Below are positions 56,671-64,000 of a DNA stretch of 64,000 nucleotides, piece after piece (the stretch's first letter is position 1; each line of letters opens with the position of its first letter). Below the pieces are notes generated by a model. It saw only the letters and a list, made by a program, of their open reading frames with translations, was not told where the DNA came from and made no database searches. The translations under genes and the position numbers were made by a program. This stretch comes from an uncultured Gammaproteobacteria bacterium (GTDB lineage Bacteria; Patescibacteriota; Microgenomatia; JAMCZE01), in the NCBI GenBank assembly GCA_964576435.1, contig CAZNUP010000001.1:98345-162344 (forward strand). Direction: 5' to 3'.

Positions 56671-56868
56671 TTAAGCTAATTTAACGTTTTTAGCACTTGG
56701 CCCTTTTTCTCCGTCAACGACGTCGAAAGTAACGGCTTGGCCAACTTGCAAAGCTTCAAAAGTAACACCGACCAAATCTTTCGAATGAAAGAAAAGATCT
56801 TTTGTTTCGCCTTCTCTGGCGATAAATCCAAAACCTCGATCTGTTTTGGTTTTGATTGTCCCTGTCAT
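56671..56868 (-). CDS. Cold-shock protein (CspA family)
   Basis: RNP1 'RGFGFI', RNP2 'LFFH', 'GEKGPSAKNV'. Confidence 0.96.
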   Translation of the reverse strand: MTGTIKTKTDRGFGFIAREGETKDLFFHSKDLVGVTFEALQVGQAVTFDVVDGEKGPSAKNVKLA

Positions 56869-56963
56869 ATATTTTTTTAGAATAATTAATTAACCCTGGA
56901 CTATGCGAGCAGTATATCACACTCTTGCTACTCTTACCTTACCTGTCCTGTTAAAATGAAAAT

Positions 56964-57650
56964 ATGGTCGAAAGAATGGTCAAAATTGGAGGACTCTTTT
57001 CACTTTTCGGGGGTATCGCTTTTGTGGGAGTGTTCACATACCTGGCAATTAATTTTCATTATCCAGATATTTTGGATGGTGACGCCTATCATGTATTACC
57101 CAAGGTTATTGCGGGCGGCCAAGAAATGCGTACAGTCTGGGCTATCTACGCTTTTCTCCCATTAACTCTCATCTTTGCAGCACTTGGAACCTATTCGTAT
57201 TTAAAAGATAAGTTTAACTCTCTAGCTGTAGCTGGATTAGTTTTTGCCACAATCTCTGCATTTGCAAATATGCTGGGCCTCCTGCGCTGGCCAAGTATCA
57301 ATTGGGTATTAGCGGAAAAATTTGTAACAGCAACAACTAGTCAAAAAGAAATTATTAATGCAGTTTTCCTAGGTCTAAATTCTTATCTAGGAAACTACAT
57401 TGGCGAATTCCTAGGAGAGTTAACTCTCAATATTTGGTTTCTAACAATTGGACTCGCTCTTATAACAATAAAAGGTAAATTAAAATATCTTGGCTACCTC
57501 GCTTTATTAACAGCTATTCTTGGTTTCATTGGTGGATTCAGAAATGTAACTGGAGTTGTAAGTATTGCAGCCGAAATCAACAACTATCTCTTACCACTAT
57601 TCTTAATTGTTCTAGGTGTATTTCTTCTTCAGGTTAAAAAATCTCTTTAA
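56964..57650 (+). CDS. DUF4386-like membrane protein
   Basis: 'F.YPDIL', 'LGLLRWP', 'LN.YLG..IGEFLGE'; about 6 TMs. Confidence 0.8.
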   Translation: MVERMVKIGGLFSLFGGIAFVGVFTYLAINFHYPDILDGDAYHVLPKVIAGGQEMRTVWAIYAFLPLTLIFAALGTYSYLKDKFNSLAVAGLVFATISAFANMLGLLRWPSINWVLAEKFVTATTSQKEIINAVFLGLNSYLGNYIGEFLGELTLNIWFLTIGLALITIKGKLKYLGYLALLTAILGFIGGFRNVTGVVSIAAEINNYLLPLFLIVLGVFLLQVKKSL

Positions 57651-57672
57651 GTCTCCCTTATTTTAATAGTTA

Positions 57673-58212
57673 TTAGAAATCTTGAATACTAGTTTTTCCC
57701 TCAATCAAAACTCCTTTGTAAATTGTCGGACTATCAATTTTATGTTTGGATGTATTACTAATCTCGCGCTGATGTTTTAAGTTTAATATCGTCTCCTTTT
57801 GCTTACTAGATACATTCCTCAACAACTTTTCAAGTTTTGCATCAACATCCCCACTTGGTAATTTTTTATCAAACCATATTTCTATTTCCCATTTTCTGCC
57901 TTTAAATTCATGTATGAGGACAATAATAGTACCCTGAGGTCTACCCTCAAGTGGAAATTTAATAAAATCCCCAAATTGATATTTTCGAAATTTCCCTTGA
58001 TTAATAAAATCGTTTAAAGCCTTATGCGAAGCTTGTTCGGGGTCACTAGGTAAAACAGTTATGTCAATGTCCGGTCCCCACATCAAGTCGTAGCTATAAC
58101 TACCACTTAAAATCACCTTTCCATATTTGGAGAGAGTTTCCAAAACATTCCCATAAGCTAAAAGGCTGTCAGCTTCCGCCTTTGTCCTTTGAGAAAATTC
58201 CATTACATCCAT
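57673..58212 (-). CDS. Pol-beta-like nucleotidyltransferase-fold hypothetical protein
   Basis: 'LSGSYSYDLMWGPDIDI' (hGS...DxD) and later 'WEIEIW'. Confidence 0.7.
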   Translation of the reverse strand: MDVMEFSQRTKAEADSLLAYGNVLETLSKYGKVILSGSYSYDLMWGPDIDITVLPSDPEQASHKALNDFINQGKFRKYQFGDFIKFPLEGRPQGTIIVLIHEFKGRKWEIEIWFDKKLPSGDVDAKLEKLLRNVSSKQKETILNLKHQREISNTSKHKIDSPTIYKGVLIEGKTSIQDF

Positions 58213-58313
58213 AAAAGAATAATATCATAGGTTCAAATGACCTATTCGGATGGTGACCATCGTACTGTCTAGCTTTAGAAGAGTCTAAGTCCAAAAAAAG
58301 CAGATACCCCAAC

Positions 58314-58787
58314 TTGGTCACCCAAACAATTTCTAAGAGGACTATAATAAAACAAATTAATAAACAATCATTTTCTATTGGGTTTTTATACCACGCAGAT
58401 TCTGCTCGGTTCCTTCTTCAAAAAGACCATGAAAGTGGGCCTTCCAATTGGAAGCTGATGGGCTCCAAATGTCTTACCAAATTTAGTGCCCAAAGCTTCA
58501 AGAATTTAGTGCAAAAACAGCTAAATCTCGAGATTCAAACACTTTCTATTCACCATATCTATGATTACTACCAACGTGACTTGGGCCGGGACAATTTTGT
58601 CTCGTATGCCGAAGTCGAAAGTTTAAAAGATTTTCCTGAAATATTAAATCAAACATTCGCCTGGTTCACTCTAAAAGAAATCTCTAAACTTTCACTCTCC
58701 CAACAGACCAAACAAGACCTTATTGTTGGTCAAAGGGTGATTGACTCCGATAACAGAAGAAAAACTGGTGAAAGAACAATCGGCTAA
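58314..58787 (+). CDS. Degenerate NUDIX-fold protein
   Basis: 'GFLYH....FLLQ......WKLMG' and 'FAWFTLKEI' but no RE..EE. Start uncertain. Confidence 0.6.
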   Translation: MVTQTISKRTIIKQINKQSFSIGFLYHADSARFLLQKDHESGPSNWKLMGSKCLTKFSAQSFKNLVQKQLNLEIQTLSIHHIYDYYQRDLGRDNFVSYAEVESLKDFPEILNQTFAWFTLKEISKLSLSQQTKQDLIVGQRVIDSDNRRKTGERTIG

Positions 58788-58808
58788 TCGGGGATTATTA
58801 ATATTTCT

Positions 58809-59309
58809 TTATTCACCAGCCCTTTTAATTGTTTCTAGGTCAAGTTTCTTCATTGGCAAAAAAGCAGCACTAACAGCATCAGCTTTTTGAGGATCTCTCA
58901 TAAGCTCATCCAAAATCCTTGGGGTTATCTGCCACGTGATACCAAATTTGTCTCTACACCATCCGCACTGTTCAGCGGAAGGGTCAGCTGAAAGTTTTTC
59001 CCAAAAGAAATCAATTTCTTCTTGCGTCTCGCACTCAACCATAAAAGATGTAGATCCATTAAGTTTGTACTCACCAAAAGGACCACCATTAAGAAGCATA
59101 AAACTAATTCCATCAAGTTCACACTCAGCAGTCATGATAGAGCCCTCAGGTCTACCAGAAACTTTTTCAGTTGCTTTGGGAACTTTTGTGATATCTCCAA
59201 GTTTTGCTTCATGATTACCAGGAGCTGAATTAAAAGTATCTATGTAGTATTTTGCTGCCTCTTCTCCATTGTTGTTAACAAACCAGATGCATGTAATTAG
59301 TCTACTCAT
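58809..59309 (-). CDS. PhnB-like VOC protein (3-demethylubiquinone-9 3-methyltransferase family)
   Basis: 'ITCIWF', 'LNGGP', 'SFMVECETQEEID.FW', 'QCGWCRDKFGITWQI', 'MKKLD'. Confidence 0.93.
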   Translation of the reverse strand: MSRLITCIWFVNNNGEEAAKYYIDTFNSAPGNHEAKLGDITKVPKATEKVSGRPEGSIMTAECELDGISFMLLNGGPFGEYKLNGSTSFMVECETQEEIDFFWEKLSADPSAEQCGWCRDKFGITWQITPRILDELMRDPQKADAVSAAFLPMKKLDLETIKRAGE

Positions 59310-59394
59310 TTAATTATTCTAACATGTCGTGGAAATTTTCATTAGGATCGCTAGTTGGGTGATTTACGAACCTTTCGCATAAATCCAAGTTCTT

Positions 59395-60048
59395 CTAGTC
59401 ATTTCCAATTGTTAATTTGATAATCCCTAGATCCAGCTCCCTAAGAGTTAGTCTTCCGAAGTCCCAAAATCTATAATTAAGTTTTTGCAAGTTCGCAAAC
59501 ATTTTGGATTTAAATCCTTCTATGCCATTGCTTCTCTTTTCTAAATACTTTACCGAATACAATCGGGCACCTCTTTCGACAAGGTGATAGGACTCGGGTG
59601 GTTTTTCTTCCGCAGCTCTCATAAGAGTCCGTTTAAATCTACCTAACTGCCAAAGATGATATATCTCGTGCGCCATAGCTTCTCGTAGTTGATTTTCCGC
59701 ATGCCAGGAAGTTATCGGGTTGTCTAGACTTCGAGCCGTTTGTATCAAAAAGTGTTCTGAAAAAATAATACTTGGACGGTTCTTAAAATTACGAGGTACA
59801 ACAAGATGTGCTTTCACATCATTTTCTTCCATTATTCGTTGTCTCGAAGCCTCTATTTTACAGTTTTCAATCTTTCTTTCTTGAGACACAGACAAATACG
59901 AGTCTGCAATTATGAGTGCAATTTTTTGACGAGTTTCGTCGTTAAACTTCCGGAGTCGTCTATCAATTTGAAGTTGTTTTTTTACCCAAATTTGTTTCTC
60001 CGATAAATCTCTTGCATCCGATTTTATCCATTTTCGTTCCAAATACAT
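59395..60048 (-). CDS. Hypothetical protein with HExxH zincin motif
   Basis: 'AMAHEIYHLWQ' and downstream 'VERGA' (candidate third ligand E); AAGGAG directly before ATG. Confidence 0.65.
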   Translation of the reverse strand: MYLERKWIKSDARDLSEKQIWVKKQLQIDRRLRKFNDETRQKIALIIADSYLSVSQERKIENCKIEASRQRIMEENDVKAHLVVPRNFKNRPSIIFSEHFLIQTARSLDNPITSWHAENQLREAMAHEIYHLWQLGRFKRTLMRAAEEKPPESYHLVERGARLYSVKYLEKRSNGIEGFKSKMFANLQKLNYRFWDFGRLTLRELDLGIIKLTIGND

Positions 60049-60157
60049 CTCCTTAGACTTTAGTCGTTTTTAATAAGGACTATTCGCTCCGCCTCATAGA
60101 AGATGAGAGAACTTACTTTCTCAACCAAAAACAACTAGTCCCACTATATATGCCGTC

Positions 60158-60817
60158 TTAATTATTTGAAATCTTCTCTGATATGTAAGCGTATTTCATA
60201 TCGTAGGGGTCGTTCTTCTTATCGTACACATCACTTAGTTTATAAAATTGCATGTACTTGTAGGGGTAACCAAAAAATAATAATCTTTTCCAAAACTTCC
60301 AGTGTGTTCTACCTTTAAAATGACAATAAATTAGTGGGACATATCCATATTCGTCACCTTCTGGGTCAATATACTCTATCCACTCATAAGGAATAATTCC
60401 AACAGGGTAAACATTAAATAGTTTGTTTTTCTTTTCTCCCTTGAAGGTAAGTCTGGAATCTGATTTTTTGTATACTTCTTTTGGCATTTCAGCAAAGAAT
60501 TCAATGCCATCAAATCTAGTTGCCTTAATATCTGCTCGAATGTGTGAGTAGCCAGAGAATCTTTTTTCCTTATTAGAGGGATAGTCTTTGAAATATCTAT
60601 TAATATTAACTAGATAAACCTTTGGACTTAATCCCTTACTATGAATATCGCGTAAAATCTTCTCAGCCTGTTCTTTGAGCTTCTCTCTGTGTTCTAATTT
60701 TGATTTAGTCGACAGTCTTTTTGACAAAAAGAATATATGATAAGCAATAAAGCTTTGTACTATCAAACTTAAAATCCAACCATAATTTGCTTGTATCCAT
60801 TCCATATACATAATCAT
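60158..60817 (-). CDS. Hypothetical protein with N-terminal TM
   Basis: 219 aa; 'VGIIPYEWIEYIDPEGDEYGYVP.IYCHF'; start may be 60811. Confidence 0.7.
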   Translation of the reverse strand: MIMYMEWIQANYGWILSLIVQSFIAYHIFFLSKRLSTKSKLEHREKLKEQAEKILRDIHSKGLSPKVYLVNINRYFKDYPSNKEKRFSGYSHIRADIKATRFDGIEFFAEMPKEVYKKSDSRLTFKGEKKNKLFNVYPVGIIPYEWIEYIDPEGDEYGYVPLIYCHFKGRTHWKFWKRLLFFGYPYKYMQFYKLSDVYDKKNDPYDMKYAYISEKISNN

Positions 60818-60946
60818 ATTATAACCCGTGTATACCCGTGTATTTGTCCTTTTAAATATTTATAGAAATACTCGTTTTTAAGGCTAAAAATTGCACTTTT
60901 TTGATAGAACATAAAAATATTATGAGCATTCTCATGGGTCTCTAGC

Positions 60947-63900
60947 CTAATGACGGTCTTTTTCGGCTATTAACTTAAACTTACCTGTTATTGTTCCATC
61001 GCAATTTAAGATATAAGCACCTGAAATTTGTTGAATTTTCCCATTGCCATGTCCGCCACCCAATACCGCTTTTTCCCCAACTAAAGTCCAAACTAATGAC
61101 AATTTATTCTTTTTAAGGAACTCTAAGAATTTCCCCTTTTTAACCGCTAACACTGACTTACCGCCTTCATTTAAGGATAGGTCACCGCAAATTATTTCGC
61201 CTTTATTGTTTACCCAAAAACCATCTTGATTCGCATGGTTGATTTTCATGCCTTCGACTAGCCACTTAGAAGGTAACGAAATGCTAAACGATTCTTCAAC
61301 TGACTTGTCTCTACTTGCGTTTGTGATTGAAAACTCGTCATTAACCTCCATAATGCCATGCGGCATTTTGCTTCTACCCATACGCGCCCATACTTTTGTA
61401 ATCCAACCATCGGGTGGGGTGTCATAGCTGGAATAAATTGCTTGATAAATCTCTGAATCGGGATATTCCCTAAAGAAACATTCTTTTGAACCATCTCGAA
61501 CTTCGGGCATCCACCTTCCATAAAAATTCTGTCTTTCAAACCACTTAAAAAAATCTTCCGCGGTATCTTCCTTTACCAAATACGAGTAAAGCAAGTAAAA
61601 TATATCTCTGCTAGGAAATTCATATTTTTCTTCTTCTGGTGGCGTATCTTGTTCCCATTTAAAGTAAGAATTCAGAATATACCATTCAGTACCGTCGGGG
61701 TCTTTATAAGCCGTGAGTAATAGCGGGTCAGGTAAATCAGCCCTTCTTTTAATCCATTTTTCGCTCGATTCTTTCGCTTTCCAGGCGTCGTATTTGGGTT
61801 GCCATGGGGAATTATCAAAACTTGGCTTGTGTAGTGCTATGCAAGTAGGATCAATATCTCGAATGTTAATTTGCCAAGCACCTTTATAGTTACCACATTC
61901 TGGCGGGTAATCCTTTTCGAGAAACCTAAAGTTATCAGCAAGATAACCAATCAACTCATGTAAGGCAATCCATTGATATTTTTTACCAATTCTTTCTATT
62001 GGGTGGTCATCTCTACCGTTGTCATAATGTGTAGCTCGCATGCCGTCAAAATATCCATGGAGTTTTGGGTCATATAATTCAAATACTCTTTTAATTATCC
62101 AGCGTTTGGCAATTTCAGGGTTAAAGCTTACTCCACGACGAGTTCGTGGGTGTTTTTGAATTTTCTGGTATTGTTTCTTTTGATCTACGCCTAATGAGCG
62201 CCAAAAATCTCGTTTTACAGACTCTATTGCATTCGCGAGCCTTTTTTCCTCTGCGGCTTTTTTCTTTTCTTCTTCTGTTTGATTTTCGCCTTCTTCTTTA
62301 AGATAACTTAATATACTAATAAAAGGCCTGAATTCTTTGATTTGTTTGTACGATTTTCTTTGTGCGCGATTTAAACTTGCTTCAAAACTATTTTCAAGTT
62401 CTTTAAGCGTGGGCGGACAGGGCTCATACATTTTAATAGCCGTCCAATGACCTATGGCAGGTTCAACAACATATCTGAAAAAGTCTGCAATACCATCAAA
62501 GGAGTTCCATATTGCCCTCACGCCTCGATCTTCATAAGACGCTTTATCCCAACTGAAAGCCTTCGGTTCAAATTTATCTTCTAAGTCCTTCATTGTGGGT
62601 AGTCTTTTAGGCCATTTAGTGTTTTGAATAGAACTTACTTTTGTTAGATCAGGTATGACATAAGCCTTTTGTTTTGCCAATAAATCGAGTATGCACTTTG
62701 CGTAATCTCTAATAAGGATATGTGACACAGACTTTTTTGCCAAAAAGACACTTTCATAGATTACTTTTCCCATTTTTGGTAAAGAAGGGTCTTTATAATG
62801 ATTCAAACGTAAAACAACACCGTATGTCACGGCATACAATCTCTCTAAAATATAGGGGTCATCTACACCGCTAAATATGTTATTAAGTTCAAGTAGTTCT
62901 TCTGGTGAATTATCTAAAAGAATTACTAATGCTTTAGTCGATTTGTCTCGAATCGAACGGTTTGACGTTGCAAGAAACCAAGTTAATATTATCCCCATTA
63001 ATAACTTAGATTGACTAGAAATAGCTTTGTTAAAGCTTGCAGATAGTACCCAATGCAATAATCTATCGACAGAACCGTTGTTCCCGTAGTTGTAATGAAG
63101 GAAAGTCGAAGACCATAGGTTATCCCTTGAAGCCATTCCTAGGTTCATCAAGTAACTATGTAGCTTTAGCGCGTTGAACGGGTGGTCTGGCACACCAGCC
63201 ACGTTTAGAACAGTAGAAAAGAACTTAGAGTGACCTTCGTCGAAGGGTAGAACCAATCTGTTGATTATATTAATCGTCTTTACAGGCCGTCCTTTACTAT
63301 TCAGGTAAAAGGCATCGGGCTTACGCCAAATAATGCTTTCCAAAAAAGGTTCTTCAAGAATCTGTTGAGCCCATGGTGCCAAATCAATTAATTCTTCGTT
63401 CAGCCATTCAGGGATTTGAATTGATAACGCATTCATTACCCCTTTGAAAGAATAGTCATAAAAATGTCTGCCTATCGTTCCTGTTTTTCTTAATGCCTTT
63501 TTTATATTATTTTTAGCACCTGCTTCTCCAAATTTATTCTTATCTGCGTACTTGTTCATTAGGTAGCGAGAAATTAAATGGTCGCTAAATCTTTGGTAGG
63601 TAAATCTGTAATCAAACCCTGTTCTATTGCCTTTTTTTCCATAATGAGGAACTCTAATAAGTAAATGATTTTTCTCCAAACTAGAAGTAAGTAATACAAA
63701 GTCGACGCCTGGCAATTCTTTAGCTAAGAACTTTTTAAATTGTCCTTCGCTAATCTTATCTTTATTCCCCCTACCATTTACCATGCCTTCAGCCAGAGGT
63801 TTTATTAACTTAACCCATACGTCCCCCGCTGAACCGATTTTAAATTCTTTACCAACGTTTTCAGAAACACCTTTAATAAAATCTTCAAAAATTGACGTTG

Positions 63901-64000
63901 AACCTTCATGTCCTCTAAAGAGTTGCTTGCCTTTCTTCTTAGCTCGTTTTTGTCGTGATTTACAAAAAAGTAATAAGAAAAGGGGGACGGAAAATTCGGG
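60947..64000 (-). CDS. AVAST type 2 (Avs2)-like STAND/NACHT anti-phage protein, 5'-truncated by window edge
   Basis: Frame is open to base 64000 ('PEFSVPLFLLLFC...'). Motifs 'RFTYQRFSDHL', 'HPFNA..LH', 'RD..W', 'RD..TKAL', 'DDPYILERL', 'ERIGKKYQWIA', 'RDIDPT', 'W...GEK'. NTPase and effector lie outside the window. Confidence 0.8.
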   Translation of the reverse strand, partial: PEFSVPLFLLLFCKSRQKRAKKKGKQLFRGHEGSTSIFEDFIKGVSENVGKEFKIGSAGDVWVKLIKPLAEGMVNGRGNKDKISEGQFKKFLAKELPGVDFVLLTSSLEKNHLLIRVPHYGKKGNRTGFDYRFTYQRFSDHLISRYLMNKYADKNKFGEAGAKNNIKKALRKTGTIGRHFYDYSFKGVMNALSIQIPEWLNEELIDLAPWAQQILEEPFLESIIWRKPDAFYLNSKGRPVKTINIINRLVLPFDEGHSKFFSTVLNVAGVPDHPFNALKLHSYLMNLGMASRDNLWSSTFLHYNYGNNGSVDRLLHWVLSASFNKAISSQSKLLMGIILTWFLATSNRSIRDKSTKALVILLDNSPEELLELNNIFSGVDDPYILERLYAVTYGVVLRLNHYKDPSLPKMGKVIYESVFLAKKSVSHILIRDYAKCILDLLAKQKAYVIPDLTKVSSIQNTKWPKRLPTMKDLEDKFEPKAFSWDKASYEDRGVRAIWNSFDGIADFFRYVVEPAIGHWTAIKMYEPCPPTLKELENSFEASLNRAQRKSYKQIKEFRPFISILSYLKEEGENQTEEEKKKAAEEKRLANAIESVKRDFWRSLGVDQKKQYQKIQKHPRTRRGVSFNPEIAKRWIIKRVFELYDPKLHGYFDGMRATHYDNGRDDHPIERIGKKYQWIALHELIGYLADNFRFLEKDYPPECGNYKGAWQINIRDIDPTCIALHKPSFDNSPWQPKYDAWKAKESSEKWIKRRADLPDPLLLTAYKDPDGTEWYILNSYFKWEQDTPPEEEKYEFPSRDIFYLLYSYLVKEDTAEDFFKWFERQNFYGRWMPEVRDGSKECFFREYPDSEIYQAIYSSYDTPPDGWITKVWARMGRSKMPHGIMEVNDEFSITNASRDKSVEESFSISLPSKWLVEGMKINHANQDGFWVNNKGEIICGDLSLNEGGKSVLAVKKGKFLEFLKKNKLSLVWTLVGEKAVLGGGHGNGKIQQISGAYILNCDGTITGKFKLIAEKDRH

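Noticed and set aside
58227-58261. Two small hairpins (ATAGGT/ACCTAT and GATGGT/ACCATC), possible fluoride riboswitch
   Set aside because: The rest of the riboswitch consensus is missing and neighbouring genes are unrelated; too weak to call.
53355-59309. Integron cassette array
   Set aside because: Most gaps are too short for attC sites, no repeated attC structure seen and no intI.
9613-61539. Numerous antisense or out-of-frame ORFs in the track (e.g. 4687, 9613, 18023, 19454, 52112, 55985, 61258)
   Set aside because: They overlap well-supported genes on the other strand or frame and show no recognisable motifs.

Overview
A 64-kb chromosomal segment of an AT-rich, gene-dense bacterium using genetic code 11 (TGA ends several genes). 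Gene content suggests Patescibacteria/CPR, probably Microgenomates (inference from DUF4012, DUF2298, DUF2207, the PrgI/VirB4 trio, short Jag and short ObgE). It contains the classical origin block (jag-yidC-yidD-rnpA-rpmH <> dnaA-oriC-dnaN) with DnaA boxes and a DnaA-trio array. It also carries envelope genes (Wzx, O-antigen ligase, NoeA/NoeB-like pair, PLD, DUF2298), an OmpR two-component system beside a MacAB-like exporter, carbon genes (cupin GPI, zwf, pyk, truncated PpsA-like), obgE, msrA, a type IB topoisomerase, a VOC/glyoxalase array and, at the right edge, the 3' part of an Avs2-like STAND NTPase. I saw no rRNA, tRNA, CRISPR or transposase. Main non-obvious signals: (1) strand compositional skew does not appear to flip at the oriC-like locus; (2) a CiaR-like direct-repeat box recurs around the two-component/exporter locus, and one copy appears to drive a ~45-nt terminated small RNA; (3) most genes look leaderless, and three divergent pairs share overlapping -10 boxes in 23-24 bp; (4) a small-protein / kinase-methyltransferase / sulfatase-fold operon may modify the cell surface. 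Family calls are by-eye motif recognition, not database searches.
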